Position numbers and translations under genes: made by a program. Positions 12,590-25,130 of a stretch of 64,000 nt of DNA are shown piece by piece. The notes beneath the pieces were generated by a model, which saw nothing but the letters and a program-made list of their open reading frames with translations, did no database searches and had not been told where the DNA came from. The stretch comes from Felis catus (lineage: Eukaryota), in NCBI RefSeq assembly GCF_018350175.1, contig NC_058373.1, positions 102,860,001-102,924,000 of the forward strand, in the 5' to 3' direction. Numbering within the stretch: position 1 is the first letter of the stretch; each line of letters begins with the position of its first letter.

Positions 12590-13020
12590 AGTTTTGGCTA
12601 AGTGGTGGAGCAAATTATGCCCTCATCTCCTGTTGGCAGGAATTTGGATTGGTATAATGTTTCTGGAAAGCATTTTGGCAAAATGGATCAGAAACTCATA
12701 AAATGTGCATATCCTTTGATCTAACAATTCCATTCTTAGCAGTGTATTCTAAAGATATCATTCCAGTTTTGGACAAAGATTTAATGCAAGTATGTTCATT
12801 GCAGCATTGTTTATAATAGTGATAAAAATTTGGAAATGACCTGCATGTACAATAACAAGAAATTGGTAAAACAAATTATGGTTTTCCCATATGATGAAAT
12901 AGTTAGAGGCCAGTACAAATTGAATTGTAGATGAAATTTTAAGATACAACATATTGCTAAGTGAATTAAGCAGGCTATAAACAGTATGTTCAGTTTGATT
13001 ACAATTTGTTATAAAAAATG
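12590..13020 (+). mobile_element. L1ME-like ORF2 end and 3' UTR
   Basis: Motifs catatcctttgatctaacaattccattcttag and gttcattgcagcattgtttataatag. Confidence 0.75.
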
Positions 13021-13069
13021 TGTGTAATTTTGATTTTCCAGCTTCTTCTAGCATCAAGAGGCTACACTT

Positions 13070-13297
13070 TTTTTTTTTTTTTTAATTGAGACAGAGAGGG
13101 AGCAAGTGAGCGAGGGCAGAGAGAGAGAGGGAGACAGAGAGAATCCCATGAGGGACAAAGAGAGAGAGAGATTGAGAAGGGGGCTCACCTGGATGTAGGG
13201 CTTGTGCTCACCTGATGTGGGACTCAAACTCACGAACTGTGAGATGATAATCTGAGCTGAAGTCAGATGCTTAACTGACTGAGCCACCCAGGTACCC
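13070..13297 (-). mobile_element. CanSINE variant
   Basis: Perfect 13-bp TSD agaggctacactt at 13057-13069 and 13298-13310. Confidence 0.95.
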
Positions 13298-14144
13298 AGA
13301 GGCTACACTTGCTTTTAATATTCACATCCTGTGGCTGAAGCCCCCATTCAGCTTGACTGCAAGAGGTTTGTTCTTTCTTCTAGAAGATTCCCCTGCTCAT
13401 TCTCTCATCACTCTGTATGATTTCACTCCTTTGCAGGTCACCTGTTGCTCTCTTGAAGCCATCTTCTCCAGGCTGATACCTCTCTTCTTATAAAGCTTTG
13501 CAGAATTGTGGACAACAATGAGTTCCTATAATACCCCAAACACAGGTAAAACTAAGTTGTGATGCTCAGTACAATTTTCCTGAGTGCTTAGAAGTATGTT
13601 TGCTTCTAGAAAACTTACCCTTGTGTCAGTCTCACCCAGGTATCCATGTGTCCTATATTGGTTTTGTCTCTCCTTGTCCTCCTACTGGTCACCATTTTGC
13701 AAGGACTAACTTTTACTCCTCTCTCAAGAGTGTTCTTAAGCTTATGTCCCCTCCCAGGAATTTTTGCCACCAATCCCTCTGAGACTCTGGAAAGGGGAAA
13801 CCTGTTTTCCTAAAAGGAAACATAATTTGTTCCAATTAATTCCACCCACATTGAGCATAATAACATTTAAATTATTATGCTTAGTGATTTAACTTAGTGT
13901 CTGAAGCCTCCCATTTCAGAATGGGCTCTTATAACTGCGTGACCGAAAAGGCTGTGAAAGGGACCCTTCCCTCTCTTCTCCCTACTCCCCCAAACAAAGG
14001 GACAATTTGGCTCAAAAAAGAAGTACCAGCTGTCATTCTGGAATGGAAACATTTCTTATAGTAATAAAAGGAAATATTGTACTTCTGCCTTATGCCTTTG
14101 CTTTTTACCAGCAGTGCTTAAAAAAAGGAATTCAGTTTCTACTA

Positions 14145-14146
<2 letters not shown>

Positions 14147-14192
<46 letters not shown>

Positions 14193-14206
14193 AATATATA
14201 TATATG
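14147..14206. repeat. (TA)n microsatellite
   Basis: Seen directly. Confidence 0.98.
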
Positions 14207-14270
14207 GATATAGAAAACCCTTGAAAAGATATACCCTAAAATATAAACAGTAATGATCTTTAGGTGAAGG

Positions 14271-14492
14271 GTATATTAGTTCTCTATTGCTCTGAAACAA
14301 ATGACCCTAAAATTTAGCTTAAAACAACAAATACTTATTACCTCACCATTTCTGTAGGTCAGGAATCTAGATGCAGCTTAATTGGGTGTCCTCTGGTTCA
14401 GGGTCTCTCACAAGGCTACACTCTAGGTGATGGAAGGGCCTTAATCATCTCAAGTCTCAACTGGAGAAGGATGTGCAAGAGAGGGAGGGACG

Positions 14493-14525
<33 letters not shown>

Positions 14526-15295
14526 GGGGGCCATAGTCTTTTGGTAGCCTAATGTGTCAAGGGTCCCTAAGACCCCGCCCTCCCACCCCAACCAGCAGGT
14601 TTGATGATTTCCTAGGGGGGCTCACAGGACTCAGCACACAGTTGTATTCTTTATAGTTCTAGCATATAGACTATGATTTATTACAGTGAAAGGATGCAAA
14701 GCGAAACCAGCAAAGGGAAAAGGTGCATGAAATGAAGTCTGGAGGAAACCAGGTACAAGCTTCCAAGAGTCCTGTCCTAGTGGAGTCATCAGGGAAAACT
14801 GAATTCCCCCAGTTGTTGTGACAACATGTATGAAATATTGTCTACCAGGGACCCTCATTAATGACTCAATACCCAGGGATTTTAGCAAGGGCTGGTGGCA
14901 TAGGCACCCTCTGCATGACATGTATCAAAATTCCAGACTCCCAGAAGGGAGGCTGGTACTTAGCATAAGCCATATTATTTGCACAAACAGTTTAGGCACA
15001 GTGAGCCCTTCTTATCAGGGAGTGGTGGGAAAACTCCTGAAATCCAAGTTCCCAGATACCAGTCAAGGGACAACATTTATAAGCAGGCCTTCCTAAGGAT
15101 AACAGTCTCAACCTTGCTATGCTAACTCTTTTTTGCACGCCTAATCTCAGAAGTGATATCCATGACTTTTCTGCATTTTTTCCATTGGATGTCAGTCCCT
15201 AGGTCTAGTCCACAGGCAAGGGGAGGGGGTTTCACAAGGACATGACTATCAGGGGGAAAGATCACGGGGGGCCATCTTAGAGACTCCTTCCTTAC
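14271..15295 (-). mobile_element. MaLR MLT1 (F/G-like) LTR split by a MER21-like LTR
   Basis: Starts gtatattagtt, contains ctgtaggtcaggaatct, and resumes after 15140 to ggggccatcttagag...taca. Confidence 0.75.
14553..15139 (-). mobile_element. MER21-like ERVL solo LTR
   Basis: MER21-type motifs (gggtccctaagacc, cagcaaagggaaaaggtgcat); 5-bp TSD cctaa at 14548-14552 and 15140-15144. Confidence 0.85.
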
Positions 15296-16133
15296 AGGGG
15301 GGTGACTTTGCTTTCCCTTTCTGTATTTTCTGTCTTCTCTCTAAGGGCATTAGTATTTTTATAATAAGAAAAAGCTATTTGAAAAATGTGACGAATTATA
15401 TGTGCAGCAGTATGCACTGGTGCTGGAAGAAGAAGAGTATTTCCTGGTGGAAGAAAACTGGGATTTCTGTAGGCCCCATCCATACTCATAGGTGTGGATT
15501 CTTATGGCCTAATAAATCTTGTTGATGTTTGAGATGGTGAAGTTACCTGGGAGGAAAATGTTTCTGGTTGTATTTATAAGAATAAATGTAGGATTGAAAA
15601 AAAGTTTAGTGTTTTAGAAACAGCAACAGCAGTGGCAGGAGAGCTCAAGTGGACAATAATTTGTGACATGGCAGGATGTGGAGGCTAGGGGGAAGCCTCA
15701 CCAGGCTCCAGGGAGCTTCAGACCAAGGCAAATATTACGCCTTGAAATATCTGGCAAGAAGCCCTGCAGGTCTTTGATAAATGCATGAAATGTAGGGGCA
15801 GGGTGAGGGGGCGTGCAGAGGGTGGAGCAGGGCACTTTCCCCCTTGGCTGGGGTGACGGTGCTCTCCCTGCTGCTCTGATGAGAAGAGATGAAGGGAAGA
15901 GGAACTTCTTCCCTCTTCTGAGCTCAGGAATTCGGAGAGGAAGGGAGCCTGGCCTGGGGGAGGTGAACCTATCACAGAATGAGTGAGAGTTGTCTGCTGG
16001 TCTCTGTTACCCAGGGCGGAAAAGATGCCCAATAATCTGAGGTGGGCAATCTCATGGGGATCCAGGGTTACCACTGCTGTTGGCCGTCCAGAAACCCATT
16101 AGGACAGCACCTGGGGCACAAGGAGGCATTTAG

Positions 16134-16191
16134 TGAGAGAGACAGAGAGAAAGAGAGAGAGAGAGAGAGAGACAGAGAGACAGAGAGAGAC
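16134..16191. repeat. (GA)n/(GACA) simple repeat
   Basis: Seen directly. Confidence 0.95.
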
Positions 16192-16295
16192 ATGTACAAG
16201 TGTAGAAATGTATTCTAGAGACTACTCAGAGGCCTCCTCCAGCATCCATGATCCCCCAAAGCTGCTCACATGTTAATTAAGACACTCTAGTATGA

Positions 16296-16296
16296 T

Positions 16297-16340
<44 letters not shown>
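16296..16340. repeat. (CAT)n microsatellite
   Basis: Seen directly. Confidence 0.98.
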
Positions 16341-16450
16341 TATTTGGTATGTTTCTTTCCACCATAATGTAAGCTCTGTGAGGGCAGGGATTTTGTTTGT
16401 TTTATATCTGGCATATAACAGGCACTCAATAAGTGTAGTAGAATTGAATA
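16341..16450 (+). mobile_element. L2 3' end
   Basis: tgtaagctctgtgagggcaggga followed by aggcactcaataa...gaat. Confidence 0.75.
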
Positions 16451-16594
16451 CAAGAACACATCGATTCTCGTACTTCATGTTCTTTGCCTTGCTTCTATTG
16501 CGTAGTGGTATTTAAATAAAAACTGCATATGTCTGCCTTTCAACTTAGTGGATTTCATCTGTTGGACTCCGTGAACTTTAATGCAGATCTGCCA

Positions 16595-16905
16595 ATATTA
16601 TGCCAAGTGAAAGAAATCAGACACAAAAGGCCACACAGTGCATGATTCCATTTATGTGAAGTGTCCAGGGTAGGCAGGTCCACAGAGACAGAAAGTAGAT
16701 TAGTGGTCGCCAGGGGCTGCAGGGAGGAGAGAACAGGGAGTGAGTGTTAATGGGTGTGGGATTTCTCTTTTAGGGTGATAAAAATGTTCTGGAATTAGAT
16801 AGTGGTTATAGTTGTACAACTTTGTGAATATACTAAAACCCACCAAATTGTACACTTTAAAAGCGGCATGGGAATTTTATCTCAACAAAGCTGCTGTATA
16901 AAAAA
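16595..16905 (+). mobile_element. L1MB-like 3' end with A tail
   Basis: Classic L1MB 3' UTR; degenerate 15-bp TSD aatgcagatctgcca (16580-16594) and aatacagatttgtca (16906-16920). Confidence 0.9.
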
Positions 16906-16989
16906 AATACAGATTTGTCATTAATTTCTCATGAGGCATGGGTGGCTGTTCCTTTTATTGCATGTCCACAGATAAATAAAACAAGACTT

Positions 16990-17230
16990 ATTAGCAGTGC
17001 AGTGTGATACAAATGGTGTGGATTTTGGAGTCAGACACACCCAGATCAGTGTCTGACTCCTTACCACTGTATAACCTTAAGCAGGATACTGTTCTGACCT
17101 CTGGTAGCCTCATTTCCCTTCTTTGAAAGTGGGTATGCTAACACCTAAGACACAGGACTGTGTGAAGGTCAACTGCATTAACCCATGAAAAATGCCAGCA
17201 CCGGGCTTGACAGCCTGACAATGAGCTTAG
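16990..17230 (+). mobile_element. MIR
   Basis: Motifs ttttggagtcagac, taaccttaagcagg and gcctcatttccc. Confidence 0.7.
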
Positions 17231-17617
17231 TCCTTTTTCTTTTCTCCTACCTCAGAAGACCTGCGAAGTGCCCAGGTGAGTGGCAGAGCAAGTAATTAGA
17301 ATCTGATTACTGAGGTAGGGTCCATTTTGTCACATCCAAAATGATGAATCTGCCTCTTGAAGCCCATTTGTCTGTGGTGGGTTCAGCATTGTTGTGTGCA
17401 TTATGTGCCCTGGAAAACACTGTCCCTCAGTCTCTTTTCTCATCAAATTCAGAACAAAAGTTCTGTCAATATCAGTGAGCATTCCCAACAGGGTCTCTTC
17501 ACTGCTCTGGAGATAGATGCTGTCCCTGTCTTTCCTGAGAAGGAAAGAGGCAGGCAGACAGAACTCATTCCACGGATTCCCGTTTGCTGGGTGGTTCACC
17601 AGCATTTCCCCTTCATG

Positions 17618-17790
17618 CAGGTGGATGCTGGTAAATGTTAGCTATCAGTTCTTTGGGACATACAGAAGTACTGATTTGTAGCACTTGTCAGTTTCCATGG
17701 TGTAAATACTTTCTCCGGGGCTGACTTCAAGCTACCAAGGTGCTATCACTGAATGTGGAACTGGGAGGAGAGGCACCTCATCAGTGTGCT
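17618..17790 (-). mobile_element. MER63-like hAT-Blackjack element
   Basis: tgctggtaaatgtt...ggtgtaaatact...ttcaagctacca; reverse complement of the copy at about 43300-43450. Confidence 0.8.
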
Positions 17791-18479
17791 CAAGTTGGTG
17801 GGGGGGGGGGGATGGTCTCCGAGGTATCACTGCCTTTACAGGGCATTTCCACCATCATGGCTCAGCACAGATTCCAGGCAGCTTCTCCACGTGACTGCCC
17901 AGGAATGAAGGGGTCTCCTCCCATGAAATTTCACAGCATGACACCTCTGTGGTGCCTCCTGCCCCATGAGGACTCATCTTGTAAGGCACAACACTGTGAG
18001 CTTGAAGGTAGGGTTAGGAATCTGCATGGGAACTTATTGGAGAGTGGGGTAGGGGTGGTGAAGAGTCCAGATTAAGTCTGTCTGGTAGGTGTATTTTTTT
18101 GACCGTATGTGAAGTTGTTTTGGAGTCAGCACATCCGGACCACTCAGAAAGCCTCATACACTAGCACTGGTAGCCTGATGGAATTGAGTGCATGCATATT
18201 CGACAAGGTCAGAGTCACACAACTAACGTCTCAGTATTACAGGGTGCACGTTGAAGGGAAAAGGCAAAGGTATCTGGCAAGCTGGCAGCCTTACAAACAG
18301 AAGCTGTGCAAGCCCAAACTAATGAAACCCCCACTCCTCCAGGGGATGGCCCATCCCCTATTGGATAGCAGGTTACTGATATAATATATTCTTGGAAGCA
18401 AAGCAATATTGATGAAGGTGATTAATGGAAATAAACTTGAATTCTGGGGCTGTTTAGGGTTTGCGGGATGCTACGTGTT

Positions 18480-18860
18480 GGTGCTGGAGTATGCTATTTT
18501 TTGCCATGAGAGTAATGGCTGGGCTCATGCTCTTCTAATGAGGGACAGTGGGTTAGTTAGAGCAACCTAGCTGCTGTAGCAGACTCCGGCGATTTAATAC
18601 AGACAAGCTATTTCTTAGGACTTTCTTCTGGTTGGCTGAAAGTAGGATGACTGTACCTGCCACAGGATACAGGATCCAGGCTGACAGAAGCTTTGCTGTC
18701 TTCTCGATGCATGGCTCCCAGCGTTTCCCTGCTATCAATACCCAGCCAGGAAATGGGAGAAAGACAAATAGAGAAAGCATGTTTGCTTTTCAACCATATC
18801 CATTCCACTCACATTCCTTGATGAGCCCCCTTTTGCCTGAGGAACAATTTCTGGAACTAG
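18480..18860 (-). mobile_element. Tentative RTE-X (L4/L5-like) LINE relic
   Basis: Minus-strand frames give EKQTCFLYL, NQKKVLRNSLSV..LLQQLG and PLSLIRRA*AQPLLSWQKI, in the order expected after RT motif 7. Confidence 0.3.
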
Positions 18861-19989
18861 GTAGGCATTATTGAGGACCCTTGCCTTTACCACAAGTTCT
18901 TTGATTTTTAGATCACTGAGTAAGCCCTGGCTGGGCTGCTACTGCTCAAGAACAACTGTGTACTATGGAGGGGAGCAAAATCTTCAGTGGGCAGCATGCT
19001 TTGTTTGCCAGAGATAAGAACAATTCTGTGGTCAAAGTTGTGCTGACCAAGAGTGTCCTTTTGTTAAGAGTACCTTTGCTTGCAGATTAGGCATGTTAGC
19101 ATTTTGTCTGCTGTTTCCTTTCTAGAGGAAACTTATATTATTCAAGAAAGCATGGTACTATGTTAGGCTGATAGGGAACCAAGCAATGCATTTGGTCTGT
19201 GTTCCCCAAGTGGGACAGTTCTTGAAGGCGTGGACTTTCAGCCATGGGGGAGCCATTAACTGAAGGCCCTCTGCCCTTTCTGCCTTAGCAACTTCTCTGC
19301 TTCTTAGATCCCTAGGCTCTTGTTAAATCCACTAATTTACTAATTCACTGCCCTGGGGATTTTAATTGAAGCCAACATGAGTAACAAAGTCTCATGGTAA
19401 TTACTGGGGACAATAAAGTAACCCCTTCCAACAACTAAAGCTACTTACTAAGAATTCAAACCTTATCCATTTCTTTTCATACCCAGAGATTTCTAGAAAA
19501 TTTATTTCCCTAGGTTCATACCTTAAGAGACAATGAACAGTAGATGAACACATTGAAAACTGGCTTTTTTTTTTTTTTTTTTTTTTGGCCAGAGGGAACA
19601 TCTGTGCCTCAGTGCTTTGCATATGTAGTGGAAAGTGATCCACTTCATTTGTTTACGTTTTACAAAAAAGCAGAGAGTTAATTTAGCATGGGACAGTCAG
19701 GGTAGACAGGACTCTTCAACTGCCCCTAAGACGGTCAGCAGCACTGTACTCAAATGGGAAGATAAGTAACTTCACACCCTAAGGGTTCTTTTGATGATAT
19801 GCTGAAAGCCATTTGGTAAGCTTTAATCTTTGTGCCTTGAGACAGTCTTTTAGACTTCCCAAAGGGGATCATAGATTAGTGCTATGAAGTATATTTCCAG
19901 GCAGCTCAGGCAGTGGTGGTAAAATCGTTGAAGGTTTCTATACTGGAAACCCACTCTTCCTATTTCACTCTCTGTTGTCTTTCTGTGCC

Positions 19990-20101
19990 TGCCTTCCTTT
20001 CCCTTTCCCTTCCCTTCCCTTCCCTTCCCCTTCCATTCCTTCTTCCTTCCTTCCTTCCTTCCTTCCTTCCTTCCTTCCTTCCTTCCTTCCTTCCTTCCTT
20101 C

Positions 20102-20156
<55 letters not shown>

Positions 20157-20158
20157 TC
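19990..20158. repeat. Compound (CCCTT)/(CCTT)n/(CTTT)n microsatellite
   Basis: Seen directly. Confidence 0.98.
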
Positions 20159-20178
20159 CATTGGTGTCCTTGATATTT

Positions 20179-20699
20179 TGTGATGGTTAATTTTATATGT
20201 CAACCTGACTAGCTCACAAGATGCTCAGATATCTGAGTAAACATTATTTCTGGATGTGTCTGTGAGGGTGTTTCTGGCAGAGGTTAGCATCTGAATCAAT
20301 AGACTGAGTAAAGCGGGCCACCCTCCCCAGTATATTGGGTAGGCCTCATCCAGCCCATGGAGGGCTTACATTGAATACAAAGGTGGAAGAAGGTTGAACC
20401 GACACTGCCTGTCTAGCTGGCAGTCTTTTCTTGCTGTGGAGCTCCTGGTTCTCAGGTCTTCAGGGTCTGACTGGAATCTACACCATCTACTGCTGCTGCT
20501 GCTGCTGCTACTACCAAGAGTGGAGAGATCTCAGGCTGTTGAACTGCATGGCTGGCTCTGCTGGGTTTCCAGCTTGCAGATGGCAGATCATAGGACTTCT
20601 CAGCCTCTATAATCACGTGAGCCAGTTCCATACAATGGATATCTCTTTATATTTAACGTCCTGTTGGTTCTGTTTCCCTGGGGAACCCCTTGTAATATA
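20179..20699 (+). mobile_element. MLT2 (ERVL) solo LTR containing a (CTG)n run
   Basis: Runs from tgtgatggttaatttt to ttggttctgtttccctggggaaccc...taatata; tattt lies on both flanks. Confidence 0.9.
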
Positions 20700-21115
20700 T
20701 TATTTCACCTGTGTGAAGTCGATGGGAAAGCAAAACCCCCCAGATGATGAACCAGATCCCAGACACTGGACACTTCTAGAGTGAGCACTGATGAAAGGTG
20801 TCTACTTGCTGGGGTGGGGATGTGTCTCAGAGCTGGTTTTCTTCTACATGGTTGGCATTAGAAATTTAATGGCTTCCATAGGGGTCTAGAAATGTGTTTT
20901 ACTTGCAGGGACTCAAAGTGACCTGGTCTTATGGAATCTTCCCTGATCAAAAGTATTTCTTGTCCTAGTCAGGATGATAAAAATCCAGATCCTTATGTAG
21001 ACTAGATTGAAAGATTCAGTCATGTTTATATTTATCTCTTCTGAGTGACAAATAGTCTATCTTTTAGTATTTCTCTTACCACAGAAGTTGAATATTGGGA
21101 GAATCCTAGTTTGTG

Positions 21116-21292
21116 TAGGTATGGCAGATAGATATCATTTCACATGTGAGCACCAATGGATTGGTTGTACCTGTCTGGAGAGTTATGCTGATTCGATTCT
21201 GCATCCAATTTCAGTATGAAAAGCTTTCACAGTTGATTAGCAGTGCCTGCCAGTGGTACAGAAATCAGAAGCAATGACATGTTTGCCACATC
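21116..21292. mobile_element. MER102-like hAT-Charlie element
   Basis: ggtatggcagatag...ttgattagcagtgcctgcc...tttgccacatcc resembles MER102. Confidence 0.55.
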
Positions 21293-22504
21293 CATTCACT
21301 GAGCCACTGAACATGGAGTGCCTGTTTCATGCCTGGCACTGCTCTAGGGGTGAGGGCGTTGTTTTTGTTGTGTAGTCTCTATTGTAGGTGCAGGGGCACT
21401 GTTCTAGGAGCTGACTCTTTTGTTACTCTTGATTGCCCCCTTATTTTACAGGTCTATATAAGTCAAATGATTGATCTGGGGCCACAAAACTAGTTAGAAG
21501 AGTGTCAACCAGAACATAGGGCTCTTGACTTCCTAATTATCCATCTTACGACCCTCTCACCGTTACCTGGGTAAGCTGATCGTAAAAATTTTCATTCTAG
21601 GCAACTTAGAGTTGTCAAAAAATTCTTGACATTCTTACATCTCTTTGATAAAGGGTTGACCCTCAACTTGGACTGCAGCCCAGGAGTAAGGAGACTTTCC
21701 CTTTTTTTTTGGAAACTTCCATGCGGAATCACCTGCCCCTTTTGAGAAGGTAACAGAGGCAACAATGCCTGTGGAAAATTCTTCTCTGTTGGCAGTTTTT
21801 AGTGTGGTATTTAGTTAAAGTAGGATATTATCCAAAGACCCTATAGAGGTTACAGAGTGCCAAGGGGGATGGGAGCTCCAAGGACAACAAAAGTATCAAA
21901 TGGTAGTTGGGTGAATTTTTCCATGGCTGAATTCCAGGAAAATGATCCCTGATATGGTTCTGTTGTTCAAAGTAGGGTGTTCCTGCCCAGGGCTTGTGAG
22001 AGTAGGCATGTCCAGAGGGGTGGGTGGAGCGGTACTTGGGAAGAGATTATTTTTTCTCATTAAGATCCAGTTTATTTCACCAGTTCCTGATCTCACTTTA
22101 CCCTGTACTTAGGGAAGGGGTGTGTGCCTCCCTGCTATGATTTTAATCTGAACTTCAAACCTTTGCAAAACAGGCTGCTCTCTTTTCCTGCTTGGTTTCC
22201 ATGGAAAACTGGTGATATCTGACCTCCTCCCAAAGCGTCCAAAGCAAAGTGTCTACTCAGGACTCTGTGGGCTCTTACTGCAATTCCAGAGAGACAGAAC
22301 TCAGGCCACTAGTGGAGGAGGCTTTGCTTGCCCATGAATCTTTCTTTCAAAGAAATCATAGGCTGATTTATATAACCGTGTCTGTTTAAGGGTTATTGAA
22401 AGGATTTCTAGGAAGTTAAGACAAATCGGAAATAGATGTTCTAAAATGCCTCTATCCATGGGGCACTGTTTTTAAGAAGCTCATTACTGGTCGTTAGAAA
22501 GCCT

Positions 22505-22953
22505 GAGGTAGCAGGATTTGTCCAGCCCGGCTCAAATTCCTTTAGCCTGCCCTGAACATCACCCACAGATAGATCCTGTATGGGCCCAGTGGCTTCCTGA
22601 GCTCTCTGCCCGAGAACATTCTCTGGCAGTGCTTCCTGGGCACAGTGCTGGGGAGTTAACACCCAAGGAACAGCCTTCAGCCAATAAGGGACAGAAGTTG
22701 GTGGGTAAGTCGTCCAGTTTCCTTCCCCCACAGCGATCAGTTACGAGGTGGGTTCTTCACGATTCCTAAGAGATCTCAATGGGACAAAGCCCCATCTATC
22801 TGCAGCTGGAAGTTTGTCATTGATGCCTCTTCACTGGCTTGTTTCCCTTCACTGTCTCAGTTTTCAGCTTTGTCACCATGAGTCTGGCCACCTCCAAATA
22901 AACACTTGTACCCAAATCCTGGTCTCAGGCTTATGAGGAAACCAGAATAAGAC
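22505..22953 (+). mobile_element. LTR16C-like ERVL solo LTR
   Basis: Motifs gggagttaacaccc, cagccaat, cacctccaaataaac and ggtctcaggc...taagac. Confidence 0.8.
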
Positions 22954-24172
22954 CTGACAGACCTCTGTGTCTTTTCCTTCTTGAGCAGGAATATCTTGAG
23001 GAATATCTAGAAGGCAGAGGGGAAGACGGTCTATGACTGGTTATTCTGGCTGAGCTGCAAGAACTTTCTGAAGCCTCAGCCTTCTCTACTGTCCTCTGTT
23101 GGCAGGTAGATGGATGTTTGTCCGGCTGAGGGTTTATCTTCTCCATGGTGAGAGACACAACACCACAATGTAAACAAAGTAAGAATCACTTTGGGGAAAT
23201 CAGAATGATCTGGGGAAATTATCTTACTCCTAGGCATAGCATTTGACTTGGCACTAATAAAGGTGCTGGGTCCCAGGCCGTGGGAATGACCCCATGCTGT
23301 TCATTGAAATACCAGGCAGTGTCTGTGGATCATAGCCCGACAGCATCAGCTGGGTCTTGATGGCAGGTTCGAAGTGACTGGGTTTGGGAAGGTGAGGTGC
23401 TTGCAGTGCTAAGAGGTGGGGTGTGGTGGGGAGAGAGTATGATAGAGATAATCTCTGGTCCAGACCAGGAGTACACAGCCCCTTTTCCTTGTGAAAATCA
23501 GCGTTTCCATTCCCTTTGGGTAGACAGATTAACCCAGGAAATGCCAAATCCCAGTGCACAGTGGCTTTGTTTCTCTAGTGCATGGAATGTTGATGGTGTC
23601 ATAGGCTTGAGCCCATACTGAACTGTGCTCACAACCAAAGGAGACTCACCTTTCTCCTCTTAATGTCATATCTGACATTAATGTTGCTTATCAGATGTTT
23701 TTGCTTGCCTTACTTTTAGGTGGCACAGCTCGGAGGGGACGGTCACTTGTCCCTTAGCCTCAGGCAAGGTGATGAAACAGCCTGGGCTGGAGCTGCCCTG
23801 TCTATAGAGCATCACTTTGACCTCTGGCCCCGGCTGCTTGGTAACAAGTGTAAGGCCAGGCTCAGTTCTGTGGAGTTGGCAGGGACAGGAGGAGAAGAGG
23901 AGGGGGAAGGAAAGAGCCCTTCTGAAAGGAGTAGTTCTTATTTGGGAAATAGAAGGTGTTACTTTCTTGGCCTGATTCCACGAGCTCTTCTGTGACGTTT
24001 CTTCCCCTGGCATACTTTCCTACAGTGCGTCCCCTACGTCTGTCCTTCTCCGTGGCCACGACTCCTCTGCATTCTTTCAGGGCTTGGCTAAGCTGGGAAG
24101 CTAGTGAATACTGGGAGGTGACCAGAGAGCTATTGGTTAACATGCTGATAGTGATAATAGCTCATGTTTCTT

Positions 24173-24396
24173 TCTTTTTTTTTTTTTTTTAATTTTTTTT
24201 AATGTTTATTTATTTTTGAGAGAGACAGAGCGTGAGTCGGGGAGGGAAGAGAGAGAGGGAGACACAGAATCTGAAACAGGCTCCAGGCTCTGAGCTGTGA
24301 GGACAGAGCCCGACGCGGGGCTCAAACTCATGGACTGTGAGATCATGACCTGAGCTGAAATTGGAAGCCCAACTGACTGAGCCACCCAAGTGCCCC
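24173..24396 (-). mobile_element. CanSINE
   Basis: TSD tagct(c/a)atgtttctt at 24158-24172 and 24397-24411. Confidence 0.95.
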
Positions 24397-24464
24397 TAGC
24401 TAATGTTTCTTGAGTGTCCACTCTGTGCCTGGCACTCTGCTAAGGACTGCACAAGGATTATCTT

Positions 24465-24684
24465 TTTTTTTTTTAATTTTTTTTTAACATTTATTTATTT
24501 TTGAGAGAGAAACAGAGCATGAGTGGGGTCGGAGCACAGAGAGAGGGAGACACTGAATCTGAAGCAGGCTCCAGGCTCTGAGCTGTCAGAACAGAGCCCG
24601 ACGCGGGGCTCCAACTCACGAGCCATGAGATCATGACCTGAGTTGAAGTCAGATGCTTAACCGACTGAGCCACCCAGGCACCCC
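24465..24684 (-). mobile_element. CanSINE
   Basis: TSD aggatt(a/g)tctt at 24454-24464 and 24685-24695. Confidence 0.95.
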
Positions 24685-24839
24685 AGGATTGTCTTGTCTA
24701 ATTCTTTTAACAATCACAGAAATTAGTCACTATAATCATCCCTGTTTTTAAGATAAGAAACCAAGGCACAACAAGGTTAAGTAATCTTCCCAAGGTCACA
24801 GAATCAGTAAGTACTGGCACCAGTAAACAAACTCCATGT

Positions 24840-25130
24840 TTTCAACAAATATTTATTTAGCACCTACTATGTACCAGCTACTTATTCCAGGTGAACAAGA
24901 CAGACAACACCCCTGAGACAGTCATTAGTTCCATGCAGAGAATTAAAATAAAAGAAGCTGACAAGATGGAGTTACTAGGTGGCCACTTTAACCTGGGAGG
25001 TCAGGGAAGGCTTCTTAGAGGAGGTGACGTTTAAGCTGCTATCTGAAGGACAAGGAGACAGACACCAAAGACGATGGGGAAGAAAAGTTCTGTAGATAAA
25101 CAGCTGGGGGTGACAAAATAGTCAAGGCAA
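24840..25130 (-). mobile_element. L2 3' fragment
   Basis: Motifs ttcaacaaatatttatttagcacctactatgt and gtcagggaaggcttc...gaggaggtgac. Confidence 0.75.

Larger units (their letters stand above)
24150..24822 (-). mobile_element. MIR interrupted by two CanSINEs
   Basis: Removing both SINEs gives ataatagctaat...gtgcctggcact...aggttaagtaatcttcccaaggtcacag. Confidence 0.75.

Noticed and set aside
19850..20203. Low-complexity ORFs (KERK/PSFL, and similar at 4041-4487, 16287-16478, 51450-51864)
   Set aside because: They are translations of microsatellites or SINE CT tracts.
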